A stretch of DNA of 64,000 bases. Origin: Steroidobacteraceae bacterium. GTDB taxonomy: Bacteria; Pseudomonadota; Gammaproteobacteria; Steroidobacterales; Steroidobacteraceae. This document shows positions 1 through 9,794 of the stretch, piece by piece (within the stretch, counting starts at the first letter, position 1; each line of letters begins with the position of its first letter). The stretch spans positions 14,770 to 78,769 of the forward strand of contig DASYIN010000011.1 in the NCBI GenBank assembly GCA_035997505.1. The letters are read 5' to 3'. Both the position numbers and the translations under genes were made by a program. Below the pieces are notes generated by a model, which searched no databases, was not told where the DNA came from, and saw nothing but the letters and a program-made list of their open reading frames with translations.

Positions 1-1556
1 CCGCGCACCTGCCTGAATATGCGGCGCGAACGACCTTTCGCATGTTCGCGGCGCTGTCGCTGTCGTTGGTGTTCACGCTCACCTATGCCACGTGGGCGGC
101 CAAGAGCGAGCGCGCCGGAAAACTGCTGGTACCCATTCTGGACATCCTCCAATCGGTGCCTATTCTAGGTTTCATTTCGGTGACAGTGGTGTTCTTCATG
201 TCGCTGGCGCCGGGCCGGGTTCTGGGCGCGGAATTCGCGGCCATCTTTGCCATATTCACCAGTCAGGCCTGGAATATGGCCTTCAGCTTCTATCAATCCC
301 TGCGCACGGTGCCCACCGAGCTCATCGAGGCGGCGGAATCTTTCCGCCTCTCGCCCTGGATGCGCTTCTGGCAGCTCGAGGTGCCCTTCGGCATGCCGGC
401 GTTGATCTGGAACATGATGATGTCGATGTCCGGCGGCTGGTTTTTCGTGGTGGCCTCCGAGTCGATCAGTGTGGGACATACCACGGTGGCGCTGCCCGGC
501 GTCGGTTCCTATATCGCGCTCGCCATCGAGCAGAAGAATCTCACGGCCATCGGCTGGGCGATCGCGACCATGTTGATCGTGATCCTCGCCTATGATCAGT
601 TGATCTTCAGGCCCCTGGTGGCGTGGGTGGACCGCTTCCGCGTCGAGCAGGAGCCCGGCGCGAAAGTACCGGATTCCTGGGCCCTGACCATGTTTCGCCG
701 CTCCCGCATCATTCAGGCCGCCACGCTGGCCTTCCACGCGGCCGTCATGTTCACCAGCCGCGCGGTGAAGCGTAAGGACGAGCCGCAGGTCCCGCTGTCC
801 GTCAGACCGAAGCGATCGCTCGACTGGTTGTGGGTTCTCCTGATCGTTGCCGCCGTGGTCGCGGGCCTGTGGCATATCGTCGTGGTGCTCATCCAAAACA
901 CGCCGCTGCGTGAAGCGCTGCAGGTGTGCGGCCTCGCGACGCTCACCATGCTGCGGGTGTTCATCTTGATTGCGCTGGCCAGTCTCATCTGGGTGCCGAT
1001 CGGCGTGTGGGTGGGCATGCGGCCGCGCGCCGCGCAGATCGTTCAGCCCATCGCACAATTCATGGCGGCCTTTCCCGCCAATCTGCTGTTCCCCATCGCG
1101 GTGTACGGCATTGTCAGATGGAAACTGAATCCCGATATCTACTTAAGTCCCCTGATGATTCTGGGTACGCAGTGGTACATCCTGTTCAACGTAATCGCCG
1201 GTGCCTCATCGATCCCCGCGGAGATGCGCTATGTCGCGGCGAATTTTCGCGTCACCGGCTGGCTGTGGTGGCGCAAGGTGGCACTGCCGGCGATTCTGCC
1301 GTTCTACGTCACCGGCGCCATCACCGCGTCGGGCGGATCGTGGAACGCGGCCATCGTGGCGGAGCTTGCAACCTGGGGCGACACGCACGTGCAGGCGCGG
1401 GGCTTGGGAAGCTATATTGCCGAGGCGACCACGGCCGGCGATTTTCACCGCATCGTGTTGGGGATTGGCACCATGAGTTTGTTCGTGGTGATCATCAATC
1501 GGTTTTTTTGGCGGCCGCTGTACTATTACGCCGAGCGCAAGTATCGGCTTACCTGA
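1..1556 (+). CDS. ABC transporter permease with two fused permease domains (nitrate/sulfonate/taurine-like family); 5-prime end cut by window edge
   Basis: Frame is open from base 3 with no stop before the first ATG at 42. Roughly 12 hydrophobic helices. Two internally similar halves each carry a permease loop (ELIEAAESFRLSPW and EMRYVAANFRVTGW). The cognate ATPase gene starts 10 nt downstream. Confidence 0.85.
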   Translation, partial: AHLPEYAARTTFRMFAALSLSLVFTLTYATWAAKSERAGKLLVPILDILQSVPILGFISVTVVFFMSLAPGRVLGAEFAAIFAIFTSQAWNMAFSFYQSLRTVPTELIEAAESFRLSPWMRFWQLEVPFGMPALIWNMMMSMSGGWFFVVASESISVGHTTVALPGVGSYIALAIEQKNLTAIGWAIATMLIVILAYDQLIFRPLVAWVDRFRVEQEPGAKVPDSWALTMFRRSRIIQAATLAFHAAVMFTSRAVKRKDEPQVPLSVRPKRSLDWLWVLLIVAAVVAGLWHIVVVLIQNTPLREALQVCGLATLTMLRVFILIALASLIWVPIGVWVGMRPRAAQIVQPIAQFMAAFPANLLFPIAVYGIVRWKLNPDIYLSPLMILGTQWYILFNVIAGASSIPAEMRYVAANFRVTGWLWWRKVALPAILPFYVTGAITASGGSWNAAIVAELATWGDTHVQARGLGSYIAEATTAGDFHRIVLGIGTMSLFVVIINRFFWRPLYYYAERKYRLT

Positions 1557-1566
1557 AGGGTTCGGC

Positions 1567-2871
1567 ATGAATACCACTTCTCCCCTGCTGCAATGCACTG
1601 ATGTTCGCAAGGCGTTTCCGAAACCCGACGGCGCGGAGCTGTTGGTGCTGCAGGGAATGAATCTGGAGCTGCGCGAGGGGCAAATCGTGGGCCTCTTGGG
1701 CAGGTCCGGCTCGGGAAAGTCCACGCTGCTCCGGCTGATCGCGGGACTCTCAGAGCCCAGTGCGGGAGATCTGCAATACCTAGGCAAACCGATATCAGGC
1801 CCTGCGCCCGGCATTGCCATGGTGTTCCAAAGTTTTGCGCTATTTCCCTGGCTCACCGTGTTTGAAAACGTCGCGCTGGGGCTGGAGGCGCAGCGCATGT
1901 CGCGGGCGGAAATCCGCAAGCGCTCGCTGGCGGCCATCGACCTCATCGGCTTGGACGGTTTCGAATCGGCCTATCCGCGCGAATTATCCGGCGGCATGCG
2001 CCAGCGGGTGGGTTTCGCGCGGGCGCTGGTGGTGCATCCGAATATCCTGCTCATGGACGAACCGTTTTCCGCCCTCGACGTGCTGACCGCGGAGACGCTG
2101 CGCACCGACTTCTTGGATCTGTGGGCGGAAGGGCGCATGCCCATCAAGGGCGTCATCCTGGTGACGCACAACATCGAGGAAGCGGTGTTGATGTGCGATC
2201 GGGTGCTGGTGTTCGGCAGCAACCCCGGCCGGATCTTGAGTGAAATCAAGGTGACCCTGCCGCAGCCGCGCAATCGTCTGGATCCGAGTTTCCGCGAGCT
2301 GGTGGAGCGCATCTATGTGGAAATGACGGCGCGGCCCACGGGCGGGGCTCCGGGGCGTAAGGAGACTTTCCCGGGATTGGGGATCGGCAGCGTGTTGCCG
2401 CATGTTTCGTCCAACCTGCTCGCAGGCTTGATGGAAGCGGTCGCTGCCCCGCCTTTCAATGGCAAGGCGGACCTGCCGGAAATCGCCTCGGACCTGACCA
2501 TGGAAATCGACGAGCTGTTTCCAGTGGCGGAAACCCTGCAGATGCTGCGTTTCGCGGAGCTGGAAGGCGGCGATTTGAAGCTGACCGAGGATGGTCTGGC
2601 ATTCGCCCACAGTGCGCTCGATGAGCGCAAGCGCATATTCACGCGCCATTTACTCACGTATGTGCCGCTGGCCGCGCACGTGCGAAGGGTTCTGGACGAG
2701 CGGGCCTCGCATTCCGCCCGAAAGAGCCGCTTTATCGACGAATTAGAGGACTTTATGGCCGAGGACGCGGCGGAGCAGAGCCTGCGGGCGGTGGTGAGCT
2801 GGGGCCGCTATGCCGAGGCCTTTGCTTATGATGACGAGAATGCCATGTTCAGCTTGGAGAATCCGACTTAA
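1567..2871 (+). CDS. ABC transporter ATP-binding protein (NitT/TauT-type) with a long C-terminal AAA-associated-type extension
   Basis: Walker A GRSGSGKST, signature LSGGMRQR, Walker B LLMDEPFSALD. About 170 extra C-terminal residues resemble the AAA_assoc_C domain seen on this ATPase family. Confidence 0.9.
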   Translation: MNTTSPLLQCTDVRKAFPKPDGAELLVLQGMNLELREGQIVGLLGRSGSGKSTLLRLIAGLSEPSAGDLQYLGKPISGPAPGIAMVFQSFALFPWLTVFENVALGLEAQRMSRAEIRKRSLAAIDLIGLDGFESAYPRELSGGMRQRVGFARALVVHPNILLMDEPFSALDVLTAETLRTDFLDLWAEGRMPIKGVILVTHNIEEAVLMCDRVLVFGSNPGRILSEIKVTLPQPRNRLDPSFRELVERIYVEMTARPTGGAPGRKETFPGLGIGSVLPHVSSNLLAGLMEAVAAPPFNGKADLPEIASDLTMEIDELFPVAETLQMLRFAELEGGDLKLTEDGLAFAHSALDERKRIFTRHLLTYVPLAAHVRRVLDERASHSARKSRFIDELEDFMAEDAAEQSLRAVVSWGRYAEAFAYDDENAMFSLENPT

Positions 2872-2880
2872 AATGATGCG

Positions 2881-3261
2881 ATGAACGAGATGGCGCCCTA
2901 TCTGACCCTGAACGTTCCGCCGGACGAAATGGTGAAGTACATTCAGGATCTGATGACCCTGCCGCACGGCGAGATCGCGGCCAGTTCGGCGCTGGCGTTG
3001 GCGCAGCGGCACTGGGGCGGGGATACCCCTCTGGCGCGTGCCGCGTTGCTGCGTTGGGGAGCGCTCAATCTTGCGTTCCAGGATAAACGTCTGGAAACCT
3101 GGACGGTCACCCGCGATCACGATCGCATCCAGGTCCCCGCCGCCCTGGTGGCCGCCGCGGGCATTGCTCCCTTGGTACTGGATAATGAGCGCGCGGTTTT
3201 CGATATTCCTGCGCTCCTGGATGCGACGCTGGATTTTCAGCCGCCAGCGGGTCAGGCCTAA
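2881..3261 (+). CDS. hypothetical protein (126 aa), same strand and 9 nt after the ABC ATPase
   Basis: ATG start, GC3-rich codon usage consistent with neighbours, no recognisable motif. Confidence 0.55.
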   Translation: MNEMAPYLTLNVPPDEMVKYIQDLMTLPHGEIAASSALALAQRHWGGDTPLARAALLRWGALNLAFQDKRLETWTVTRDHDRIQVPAALVAAAGIAPLVLDNERAVFDIPALLDATLDFQPPAGQA

Positions 3262-3267
3262 AAATAC

Positions 3268-3768
3268 ATGACAATTCCGGCCAAGCAAGCGCGCAAGTCG
3301 CGCTTTGGCGTACTGCGGACTATCGCCCTTTACAAGCTGGTCAAAGTGCTGCTGCTCCTGGGCGTGGCCTACGGAGAACTGCGGCTGCGAGATGCCTCAC
3401 TGGCGGCGAAGCTGCTGTCTTGGGCGCAGACTCGGCCGTACGGATTGGAGCACCGCATCGTGGGGCAACTACTGGAATGGTTCAGCGGCTTGAGCGTGTC
3501 GCGAATCTATGCCTTGCGCATGGTGACGCTGGCTTACGCGGCGGTCTTCGCGGTCGAGGGGGTAGGGCTTTGGATGGAAAAGCGCTGGGCTGAATGGCTG
3601 ACCACCATCATTACAGCTTCGCTGATACCTCTCGAGGCTTGGGAAATATTTTACCGGCCGACCATCGGCAAGGTGCTGATCTTAGTGGCGAATGTTGCTG
3701 TGGTGGGGTACCTCGTGTGGCATGTGCGCAAGACGCAGGCGCTGCGGCAACCGCCCATTGTGAAATGA
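3268..3768 (+). CDS. DUF2127-like integral membrane protein
   Basis: 166 aa with four hydrophobic helices. N-terminal RTIALYKLVKVLLLL... pattern resembles the DUF2127 family. Starts 6 nt after the previous gene. Confidence 0.65.
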   Translation: MTIPAKQARKSRFGVLRTIALYKLVKVLLLLGVAYGELRLRDASLAAKLLSWAQTRPYGLEHRIVGQLLEWFSGLSVSRIYALRMVTLAYAAVFAVEGVGLWMEKRWAEWLTTIITASLIPLEAWEIFYRPTIGKVLILVANVAVVGYLVWHVRKTQALRQPPIVK

Positions 3769-3845
3769 TCTTCATCTCGCGCCAAACGATTGATTCCGTC
3801 GTATTCTTCGCAGCGCTTAAGCCCACACCACCGTTTGGAGATCTC

Positions 3846-4046
3846 ATGAAGAAGTCTGCGACCCTGATTAGCACCGCCTTGTTGGCCTTTGGTCTTGCCG
3901 CCGCCTCCATGGCCGCGGATGCACCGAAGACCGGTACCCCGGCCGCTGCCGATAGCTCGGCTCCTGCGACCTCGACCAAAGCCCATAAGCACAGCACCAA
4001 GAAGCACAAGAAGGCTTCGACCGCTGCTCCTGCGGCAAGCAAGTAA
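3846..4046 (+). CDS. small secreted Lys/His/Ala/Thr-rich protein, acid-shock-protein (Asr)-like
   Basis: Internal ATG of ORF 3594..4046, preceded by a GGAGA RBS. Signal peptide MKKSATLISTALLAFGLAAASMA, then a low-complexity basic tail (KAHKHSTKKHKKAS). Followed by a strong terminator. Confidence 0.65.
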   Translation: MKKSATLISTALLAFGLAAASMAADAPKTGTPAAADSSAPATSTKAHKHSTKKHKKASTAAPAASK

Positions 4047-4060
4047 TATTATTGGTATAA

Positions 4061-4098
4061 CGCCCCGACCGCTTCACCGCGGCCGGGGCGTTTTTTTT
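4061..4098 (+). terminator. rho-independent terminator
   Basis: 11-bp GC-rich stem with one mismatch (cgccccgaccg / cggccggggcg), 8-nt loop, then T8. Confidence 0.9.
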
Positions 4099-4132
4099 GG
4101 GTTGAATAATTGTCGCTCACTCTGGCGGGTAC

Positions 4133-4948
4133 ATGGATCTGATAGTTGCAATAAAGGCCTTGATACTGGGAGTGGTCGAGGGATTGACGGAGTTCTTGCC
4201 TGTCTCGAGCACCGGGCACTTGATTGTCGTCGGCAGCCTGCTCAATTGGAACGACGAGAAGGGCGAAGTCTTCGAGATCGTCATCCAGTTCGCCGCCATT
4301 CTGGCGATTTGTTGGCTGTATCGACAGCGGCTTTGGACGGTCATCGCGACCCTGCCGCGCGAGCGCAGATCGCAGCTTTTCACCTTGAACCTGGTGCTGG
4401 CGTTCCTGCCCGCCGCCATCATCGGCGTCATCTTCATCCGTACGATTAAGAAGTACCTGTTCGCACCGGTTCCGGTGGCCAGCGCATTCATCATCGGCGG
4501 CATCCTCATCCTGCTGATCGAGAGCCGCAAGCGCGCTGCGCGGGTCGAGAATGTCGATGCCATCAAGCCACCCGATGCGCTTTGGATCGGCGTTGCGCAG
4601 ACCTTGTCACTGATTCCCGGCACCTCGCGCTCGGGCGCGACCATCATGGGAGGATTGCTACGCGGCTTGTCGCGTCCGGCGGCCACGGAGTTTTCGTTTT
4701 TTCTCGCCATCCCCACCATCTTTGGCGCAACCGTGCTCGAGCTATACAAGGCGCGTCACCTGCTGAACGTCCATGATCTCGCGGTGATCGGCGTGGGCTC
4801 GATCGCCTCTTTCATCAGCGCAATGATTGCGGTGCGCGCCTTGCTGCGCTATGTCAGCGCCCATAATTTCAAGGTGTTCGCCTGGTACCGGATTGCCTTC
4901 GGCTTCGTGATCCTGGGCACGTGGTACTTCGGCCTGGTGAAGTGGTGA
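4133..4948 (+). CDS. uppP: undecaprenyl-diphosphate phosphatase
   Basis: 271 aa polytopic membrane protein. BacA/UppP motifs EFLPVSSTGHL and PGTSRSGATI. Confidence 0.93.
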   Translation: MDLIVAIKALILGVVEGLTEFLPVSSTGHLIVVGSLLNWNDEKGEVFEIVIQFAAILAICWLYRQRLWTVIATLPRERRSQLFTLNLVLAFLPAAIIGVIFIRTIKKYLFAPVPVASAFIIGGILILLIESRKRAARVENVDAIKPPDALWIGVAQTLSLIPGTSRSGATIMGGLLRGLSRPAATEFSFFLAIPTIFGATVLELYKARHLLNVHDLAVIGVGSIASFISAMIAVRALLRYVSAHNFKVFAWYRIAFGFVILGTWYFGLVKW

Positions 4949-5406
4949 GCACGATATTTCCGCAGGCGGCCGATGTAGCGCACCTGATTCAAGTTGCGCT
5001 GACGCCGATATTCCTGATTTCCGCCATCGGCGTCACGCTCAATGTCCTGACCAGCCGGCTGGCGCGAATCGTCGATCGGGCGCGCACCATGGAGAACGAG
5101 GTGTGCCGGCCGGACTATCAGGCCGGCGCCCGCGATTTGCACGCGGCGCTCGGCGTCCTGGCACGGCGCGCGCGCTATATCAATGCGGCGATCACCTTGA
5201 TTACGCTGTCGGCGCTGCTTATCGCGCTGGTGGTGGTGATGCTGTTCGTCAATGCGTTCGCGCACTGGGATCTGTCGGCTTTCATCGCCATCATGTTCAT
5301 TTTGTCCATGCTGGCTTTCGCCGCGGCATTGACGGCGTTTCTCATCGAGGTGCGCATCGCCACCAACACCCTGACGATAGGCATCGAGGCAGCGTCGCGC
5401 CAATAG
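4945..5406 (+). CDS. DUF2721-like membrane protein
   Basis: N-terminal AHLIQVALTPIFLISAIGVTLNVLTSRLARIVDR plus two C-terminal TM helices. Start chosen at the GTG forming a GTGA overlap with the uppP stop; the start is uncertain (ORF opens at 4921). Confidence 0.7.
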   Translation: MSTIFPQAADVAHLIQVALTPIFLISAIGVTLNVLTSRLARIVDRARTMENEVCRPDYQAGARDLHAALGVLARRARYINAAITLITLSALLIALVVVMLFVNAFAHWDLSAFIAIMFILSMLAFAAALTAFLIEVRIATNTLTIGIEAASRQ

Positions 5407-5432
5407 CGGGCGACGAGTGAGCGAAGGGGCCG

Positions 5433-6338
5433 CTAGTGAGCGGCTTGCGCGGGACGCTCGCGCACCGGGATCGGCACGTTGCACAAGTCGATGCGGCCGG
5501 CCGGCACCTTGAAGAAATCCTCCGGACGATTGCGGCGCGATTCGACCAGGGCCGCAAAGGTGGGTGTATCGGTGCGGATCACCTCGAGGTTTGATCGCTC
5601 CGCGGCCGGGACATCCGCGGCTACGCGAATCGACTTGATCGGCAGCGGTTTTTCGGTTTTGGTGTAGAAGCCCATCTCGGCGCTGCCGCGAGGCAGGGCG
5701 GAGAGCAGTTCGACGCCTTTGACGACGCGGCCGACCAGCGCGACATTGCGGTCCAGATGCCGTGGAGCGTGGCCGATGACCACGTACATCTCGGCGCCGC
5801 TGCCGCTTTCCGCGTCCAAATCGCGCCCGACGCCCACCATGGCATAGCAGTGCGCCAGCCACACCTTGTGCAGCGCGGCTGAGCGGGCCAGCGGCAGACC
5901 GTCGGTAAAGCCCACCTCCGGGGCATAGACATCGCCATCCGGCAATTTCGTGAAGGCCATGTGCGCCGGCATCGCCGAGTCGAATTCCGGCGCCACTTTG
6001 CCGATTCCGGGAGGCAGCGGATGCCGATTCTCGGGATCGCCCCATTGCGCGACGTAATTGTCCTGCTCGCGAATGACGGCAAGCCCGTTGAAGTACCCGG
6101 CACGCGTCAGGGTCTTGATGTTGGCCACATGCAACGGGGCGAACGCGGGGGCCAATTCGATGACCACGCGCCCTGAAGGCAGATCCACGTACAAGGTGTT
6201 GTTCGGATCCAGGGGACGCCAATCGGCGGGGCTGGAGGCCTTGAGGACCTCCGGCATGCTCAAGGGTTTAGCGGAAAACGCGGGCTGCGATAAAATTATC
6301 AGCGCGCAGGGGATTAAAAATCTAAAATTGGCATTCAT
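5433..6338 (-). CDS. periplasmic cyclophilin-type peptidyl-prolyl cis-trans isomerase
   Basis: Signal peptide [23 protein letters not shown]. Cyclophilin-like core ([28 protein letters not shown]..., MVGVGRD). Confidence 0.8.
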   Translation of the reverse strand: MNANFRFLIPCALIILSQPAFSAKPLSMPEVLKASSPADWRPLDPNNTLYVDLPSGRVVIELAPAFAPLHVANIKTLTRAGYFNGLAVIREQDNYVAQWGDPENRHPLPPGIGKVAPEFDSAMPAHMAFTKLPDGDVYAPEVGFTDGLPLARSAALHKVWLAHCYAMVGVGRDLDAESGSGAEMYVVIGHAPRHLDRNVALVGRVVKGVELLSALPRGSAEMGFYTKTEKPLPIKSIRVAADVPAAERSNLEVIRTDTPTFAALVESRRNRPEDFFKVPAGRIDLCNVPIPVRERPAQAAH

Positions 6339-6381
6339 GTACTTGAGTATTGCATAAATCCGTTACCGGCCAGGGGGCGAA

Positions 6382-7080
6382 ATGCGCCGCATTTTATTGG
6401 GTTGCCTCATAGTTCTTATCGCCGAAATGCCGGTGTTGCTGCATGCACAGGGCTATCCGGGCGGCGGCATTCAGCCGATCACGGGGAGCGGCGGCCGCAC
6501 GCCGCAGGGGAACGAGATCCCCTCCGCGCCGCTGGAGGTCAAGCCGGATAAAGCGGCCACGAAGGCCTATTCCGCGGGCATGAAAAGCATGCTGAAAGCG
6601 CATGAGCTGGAGGATACGATCGCGAAGGCCACGGACCCGGACAAGAAGGCGAAGGCGCTGTCGAAATTGGACGACACCTACGGCCGAGCGCTGGAGGAAT
6701 TCACGGAAGTATTGCGCAACAAGAACGACATGTACGAGGCGTGGAACAAGATTGGCTTCATCCATCTGCACTTCGGCGCCTACCGCGAGTCCATCGATGA
6801 CTACAACCACACGCTGGCGCTGAAGCCTGATCTGGAGGAGGCCATTGAACATCGCGGTGAGGCGTACTTGGGCATCGATCACTTGGATGACGCCAAGGCC
6901 ACTTACATGGAGCTGTTCTTCCACGCGCGGCCGCTGGCGGATCGAATGATGGTGACCATGCAGGCCTGGCTGCAAAGCCATCGCGCTGCCGCGAACGGCA
7001 TACGCGCCGCGGATATCGATGCCTTCGAAAAGTGGCTGCAGGAACGCGAGGGCATTGCGAAAACGGCGGCGGCGAACTAG
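6382..7080 (+). CDS. secreted TPR-repeat protein
   Basis: Signal peptide followed by TPR-like repeats (YEAWNKIGFIHLHFGAYRESIDDYNHTLALKPD, EAIEHRGEAYLGIDHLDDA). Confidence 0.7.
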   Translation: MRRILLGCLIVLIAEMPVLLHAQGYPGGGIQPITGSGGRTPQGNEIPSAPLEVKPDKAATKAYSAGMKSMLKAHELEDTIAKATDPDKKAKALSKLDDTYGRALEEFTEVLRNKNDMYEAWNKIGFIHLHFGAYRESIDDYNHTLALKPDLEEAIEHRGEAYLGIDHLDDAKATYMELFFHARPLADRMMVTMQAWLQSHRAAANGIRAADIDAFEKWLQEREGIAKTAAAN

Positions 7081-7090
7081 GGCGTTGCGC

Positions 7091-7762
7091 CTATGGGGCG
7101 CGGCTCAGCGCATCGACCTTGGCGCGCAGCTGCTCCACCAGCTCCTCGAGCGCGGTGACGCGTTGACTCAATGTGGGGCCGGCCGAAGCCCCTGCGGCGC
7201 TGTGCGAGGCTTCGTCATGGGTCTCGACTTCCGGTTCCGCCGAGACGATTTCTCCCGAAAATAAATGCGCATAACGTGATTCGCGCGCGCCCGGTGCGCG
7301 CGGCAGCCGCGCGATGAACGGGCCATCCTCGCGGCTCATCAGGTTGCGCAACGTGGCCTCCACGGCTTCGGCGTCCGCAAACTCGCACAGTCGATTGGTG
7401 CGTGAGCGCAGCTCGCCGGGGGTCTGCGGGCCGCGCAGCAGCATTACGCAAATGACGCCGAGTTCCTGTTTCGTAAATTTCAAGGAACCGAACTCGGTGT
7501 TGCAGAAACGGTGCTTGTACTTCGTGACGCGCCCGCCATAGCCGGCCGACTTGTCGCTCACCATGTATTTCTTCATGAGCGAGTCGACCGATTGCTGCAC
7601 CTCAGCCTCGCTCAAATCGAGCACCGGCTCGCGGTTCGTCTTTTGATTGCAGGCATTGGTAAGGGCATTGAGCGACAGCGGATACTGATCGGGAGTGGTA
7701 ATTTCCTTTTCGATCAGGCACCCGATGACTCGCGCCTCGTGCGGCGTAAATTCAATATTCAT
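7091..7762 (-). CDS. yceH: YceH-family protein (UPF0502/DUF480)
   Basis: N-terminus [46 protein letters not shown] is typical of YceH. ATG at 7762 preferred over the TTG at 7774. Confidence 0.85.
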   Translation of the reverse strand: MNIEFTPHEARVIGCLIEKEITTPDQYPLSLNALTNACNQKTNREPVLDLSEAEVQQSVDSLMKKYMVSDKSAGYGGRVTKYKHRFCNTEFGSLKFTKQELGVICVMLLRGPQTPGELRSRTNRLCEFADAEAVEATLRNLMSREDGPFIARLPRAPGARESRYAHLFSGEIVSAEPEVETHDEASHSAAGASAGPTLSQRVTALEELVEQLRAKVDALSRAP

Positions 7763-7836
7763 GGCAGCTTCCAACTCGGCGCCGGTTGATCTACCGTAGC
7801 GCCCTTGAGCCCGAAAGAAAGACAGGATATCCGGAA

Positions 7837-8949
7837 ATGAAGACCAAAGCCGCTGTCGCTACCCAAGCCCGCAAGCCCCTCGAAATCATCACCGTGGATT
7901 TGGACGGTCCGAGAGCCGGCGAAGTCTTGGTCGAGATCAAGGCCAGCGGCGTGTGTCACACGGACGAGTTTACCCGGTCAGGGGCGGATCCCGAGGGCTT
8001 ATTTCCAGCCATCTTGGGTCACGAGGGCGCCGGAATCGTGGTGGATGTCGGTGCCGGCGTCACGTCGGTGCGCAAGGGCGACCATGTCATTCCGCTGTAC
8101 ACGCCCGAATGCCGGCAGTGCAAGTCGTGCACCTCGCGCAAGACCAACCTGTGCACCGCCATCCGTGCGACCCAGGGAAAGGGACTGATGCCCGACGGCA
8201 CCAGCCGGTTTTCGATCGGCAAGGATCTCGTGCACCACTATATGGGCTGCTCGACTTTTTCGAATTTCACCGTGCTGCCAGAAATTGCCGTTGCGAAAAT
8301 CCGCGAGGATGCGCCGTTCGACAAGGTGTGCTACATCGGCTGCGGCGTGACGACAGGCATTGGCGCGGTGATCAACACCGCCAAGGTGGAGGCGGGCGCC
8401 AATGTCGTGGTCTTCGGCTTGGGTGGCATCGGCCTCAACGTTGTGCAGGGCGCGCGCATGGTCGGCGCCAACAAGATCATCGGGGTGGATTTGAATCCCG
8501 GGCGCAAGGCCCTGGCCGAAAAATTCGGTATGACGCATTTCGTCAACCCGAAGGAGGTCGGCGGTGATCTGGTCGCTCATCTGGTGGCACTTACCGACGG
8601 CGGCGCCGATTACAGCTTCGAATGCGTCGGCAGCGTGGATCTCATGCGCCAGGCCCTGGAGTGCTGCCATCGGGGATGGGGTGTATCGGTGATCATCGGC
8701 GTCGCGGGCGCGGGCAAGGAAATCTCGACGCGGCCGTTTCAACTGGTGACGGGACGCGTGTGGAAGGGCACCGCCTTCGGCGGCGCGCGCGGCCGCACCG
8801 ATGTGCCGAAAATCGTCGATTGGTACATGGACGGCAAGATCAACATCGACGATCTCATCACGCACAAAATGCCGCTGAATGACATCAACAGCGCATTCGA
8901 CCTTATGCATTCTGGCGAGTCGATCCGCAGCGTCGTGCTGTTCTCGTGA
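7837..8949 (+). CDS. frmA: S-(hydroxymethyl)glutathione dehydrogenase / class III alcohol dehydrogenase
   Basis: MKTKAAVA start, zinc-ligand motif [11 protein letters not shown] fold GLGGIGLN. About 370 aa from the internal ATG at 7837. Confidence 0.92.
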   Translation: MKTKAAVATQARKPLEIITVDLDGPRAGEVLVEIKASGVCHTDEFTRSGADPEGLFPAILGHEGAGIVVDVGAGVTSVRKGDHVIPLYTPECRQCKSCTSRKTNLCTAIRATQGKGLMPDGTSRFSIGKDLVHHYMGCSTFSNFTVLPEIAVAKIREDAPFDKVCYIGCGVTTGIGAVINTAKVEAGANVVVFGLGGIGLNVVQGARMVGANKIIGVDLNPGRKALAEKFGMTHFVNPKEVGGDLVAHLVALTDGGADYSFECVGSVDLMRQALECCHRGWGVSVIIGVAGAGKEISTRPFQLVTGRVWKGTAFGGARGRTDVPKIVDWYMDGKINIDDLITHKMPLNDINSAFDLMHSGESIRSVVLFS

Positions 8950-9794
8950 GTTCGTTGACGTTGATTTCCGAGCACGCCTGCTACGGCGGCGTGCAGCGAT
9001 TCTATCGGCACGAGTCGCGCGAGACCCGCGGCCCGATGAAATTTGCGGCCTATCTGCCGCCGCAGGCAAGGTCCGGCACGGTGCCGGTGCTGTATTTTCT
9101 ATCGGGGCTCACCTGCACCGAGGAAACGTTCTGCATCAAGTCGCACGCGCAGAAGTCCGCGGCGGAACTTGGCCTCATGCTCATCTCGCCGGACACGAGC
9201 CCGCGCGAGCCGCGCATCCCCGGCGATGCCGATAGTTGGGATTTTGGCCTTGCGGCCGGATTTTATGTGGACGCGACCCAGGCTCCGTGGTCGCAGCACT
9301 ATCGGATGGACAGCTATGTCACGCGGGAACTGCCGCAGGTCGTGGCGGCCCGCCTGCCCGCACGGCCGGGCGCGACCGGGATTTTCGGTCATTCCATGGG
9401 CGGCCATGGCGCGCTGACCTTGGCGCTGCGTAACCCGACGCAGTATCGCTCGGTGTCCGCGTTCGCGCCGATCGCCGCCCCCATGCAGGCGCCCTGGGGC
9501 AAGAAGGCATTCGCGAATTATCTGGGGCCGGATATCGAGGCGTGGCGCGAGCACGATGCCACGGAATTGGTGGCACGGCGGCCCTATCCCGGACCCATCC
9601 TCATCGATCAAGGGAGCGCGGATCAGTTTCTGGCGACGGAACTCATGCCGGAGAAATTTGCCGCGGCGGCGGCAAAATCCGGGCAGCAGTTAAATTTGCG
9701 CATGCAACCGGGCTATGACCACGGCTATTATTTTATTCAGACCTTCATGTCCGAGCATTTGCTTCACCACGCGGAACAGCTGCGTCATATTTGA
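8946..9794 (+). CDS. frmB: S-formylglutathione hydrolase
   Basis: GTGA overlap with the frmA stop. Esterase D family N-terminus (HACYGGVQRFYRHES...). Nucleophile elbow GHSMGGHGA. Confidence 0.92.
   Translation: MSSLTLISEHACYGGVQRFYRHESRETRGPMKFAAYLPPQARSGTVPVLYFLSGLTCTEETFCIKSHAQKSAAELGLMLISPDTSPREPRIPGDADSWDFGLAAGFYVDATQAPWSQHYRMDSYVTRELPQVVAARLPARPGATGIFGHSMGGHGALTLALRNPTQYRSVSAFAPIAAPMQAPWGKKAFANYLGPDIEAWREHDATELVARRPYPGPILIDQGSADQFLATELMPEKFAAAAAKSGQQLNLRMQPGYDHGYYFIQTFMSEHLLHHAEQLRHI

Noticed and set aside
4849-6222. 457-aa minus-strand ORF spanning uppP, the DUF2721 gene and the PPIase region
   Set aside because: It crosses three well-supported genes in other frames or strands and is extremely Arg/Gly/Ala/Pro-rich; a GC artefact.
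7999-9069. 356-aa minus-strand ORF
   Set aside because: Antisense to frmA and frmB, both of which have clear catalytic motifs.
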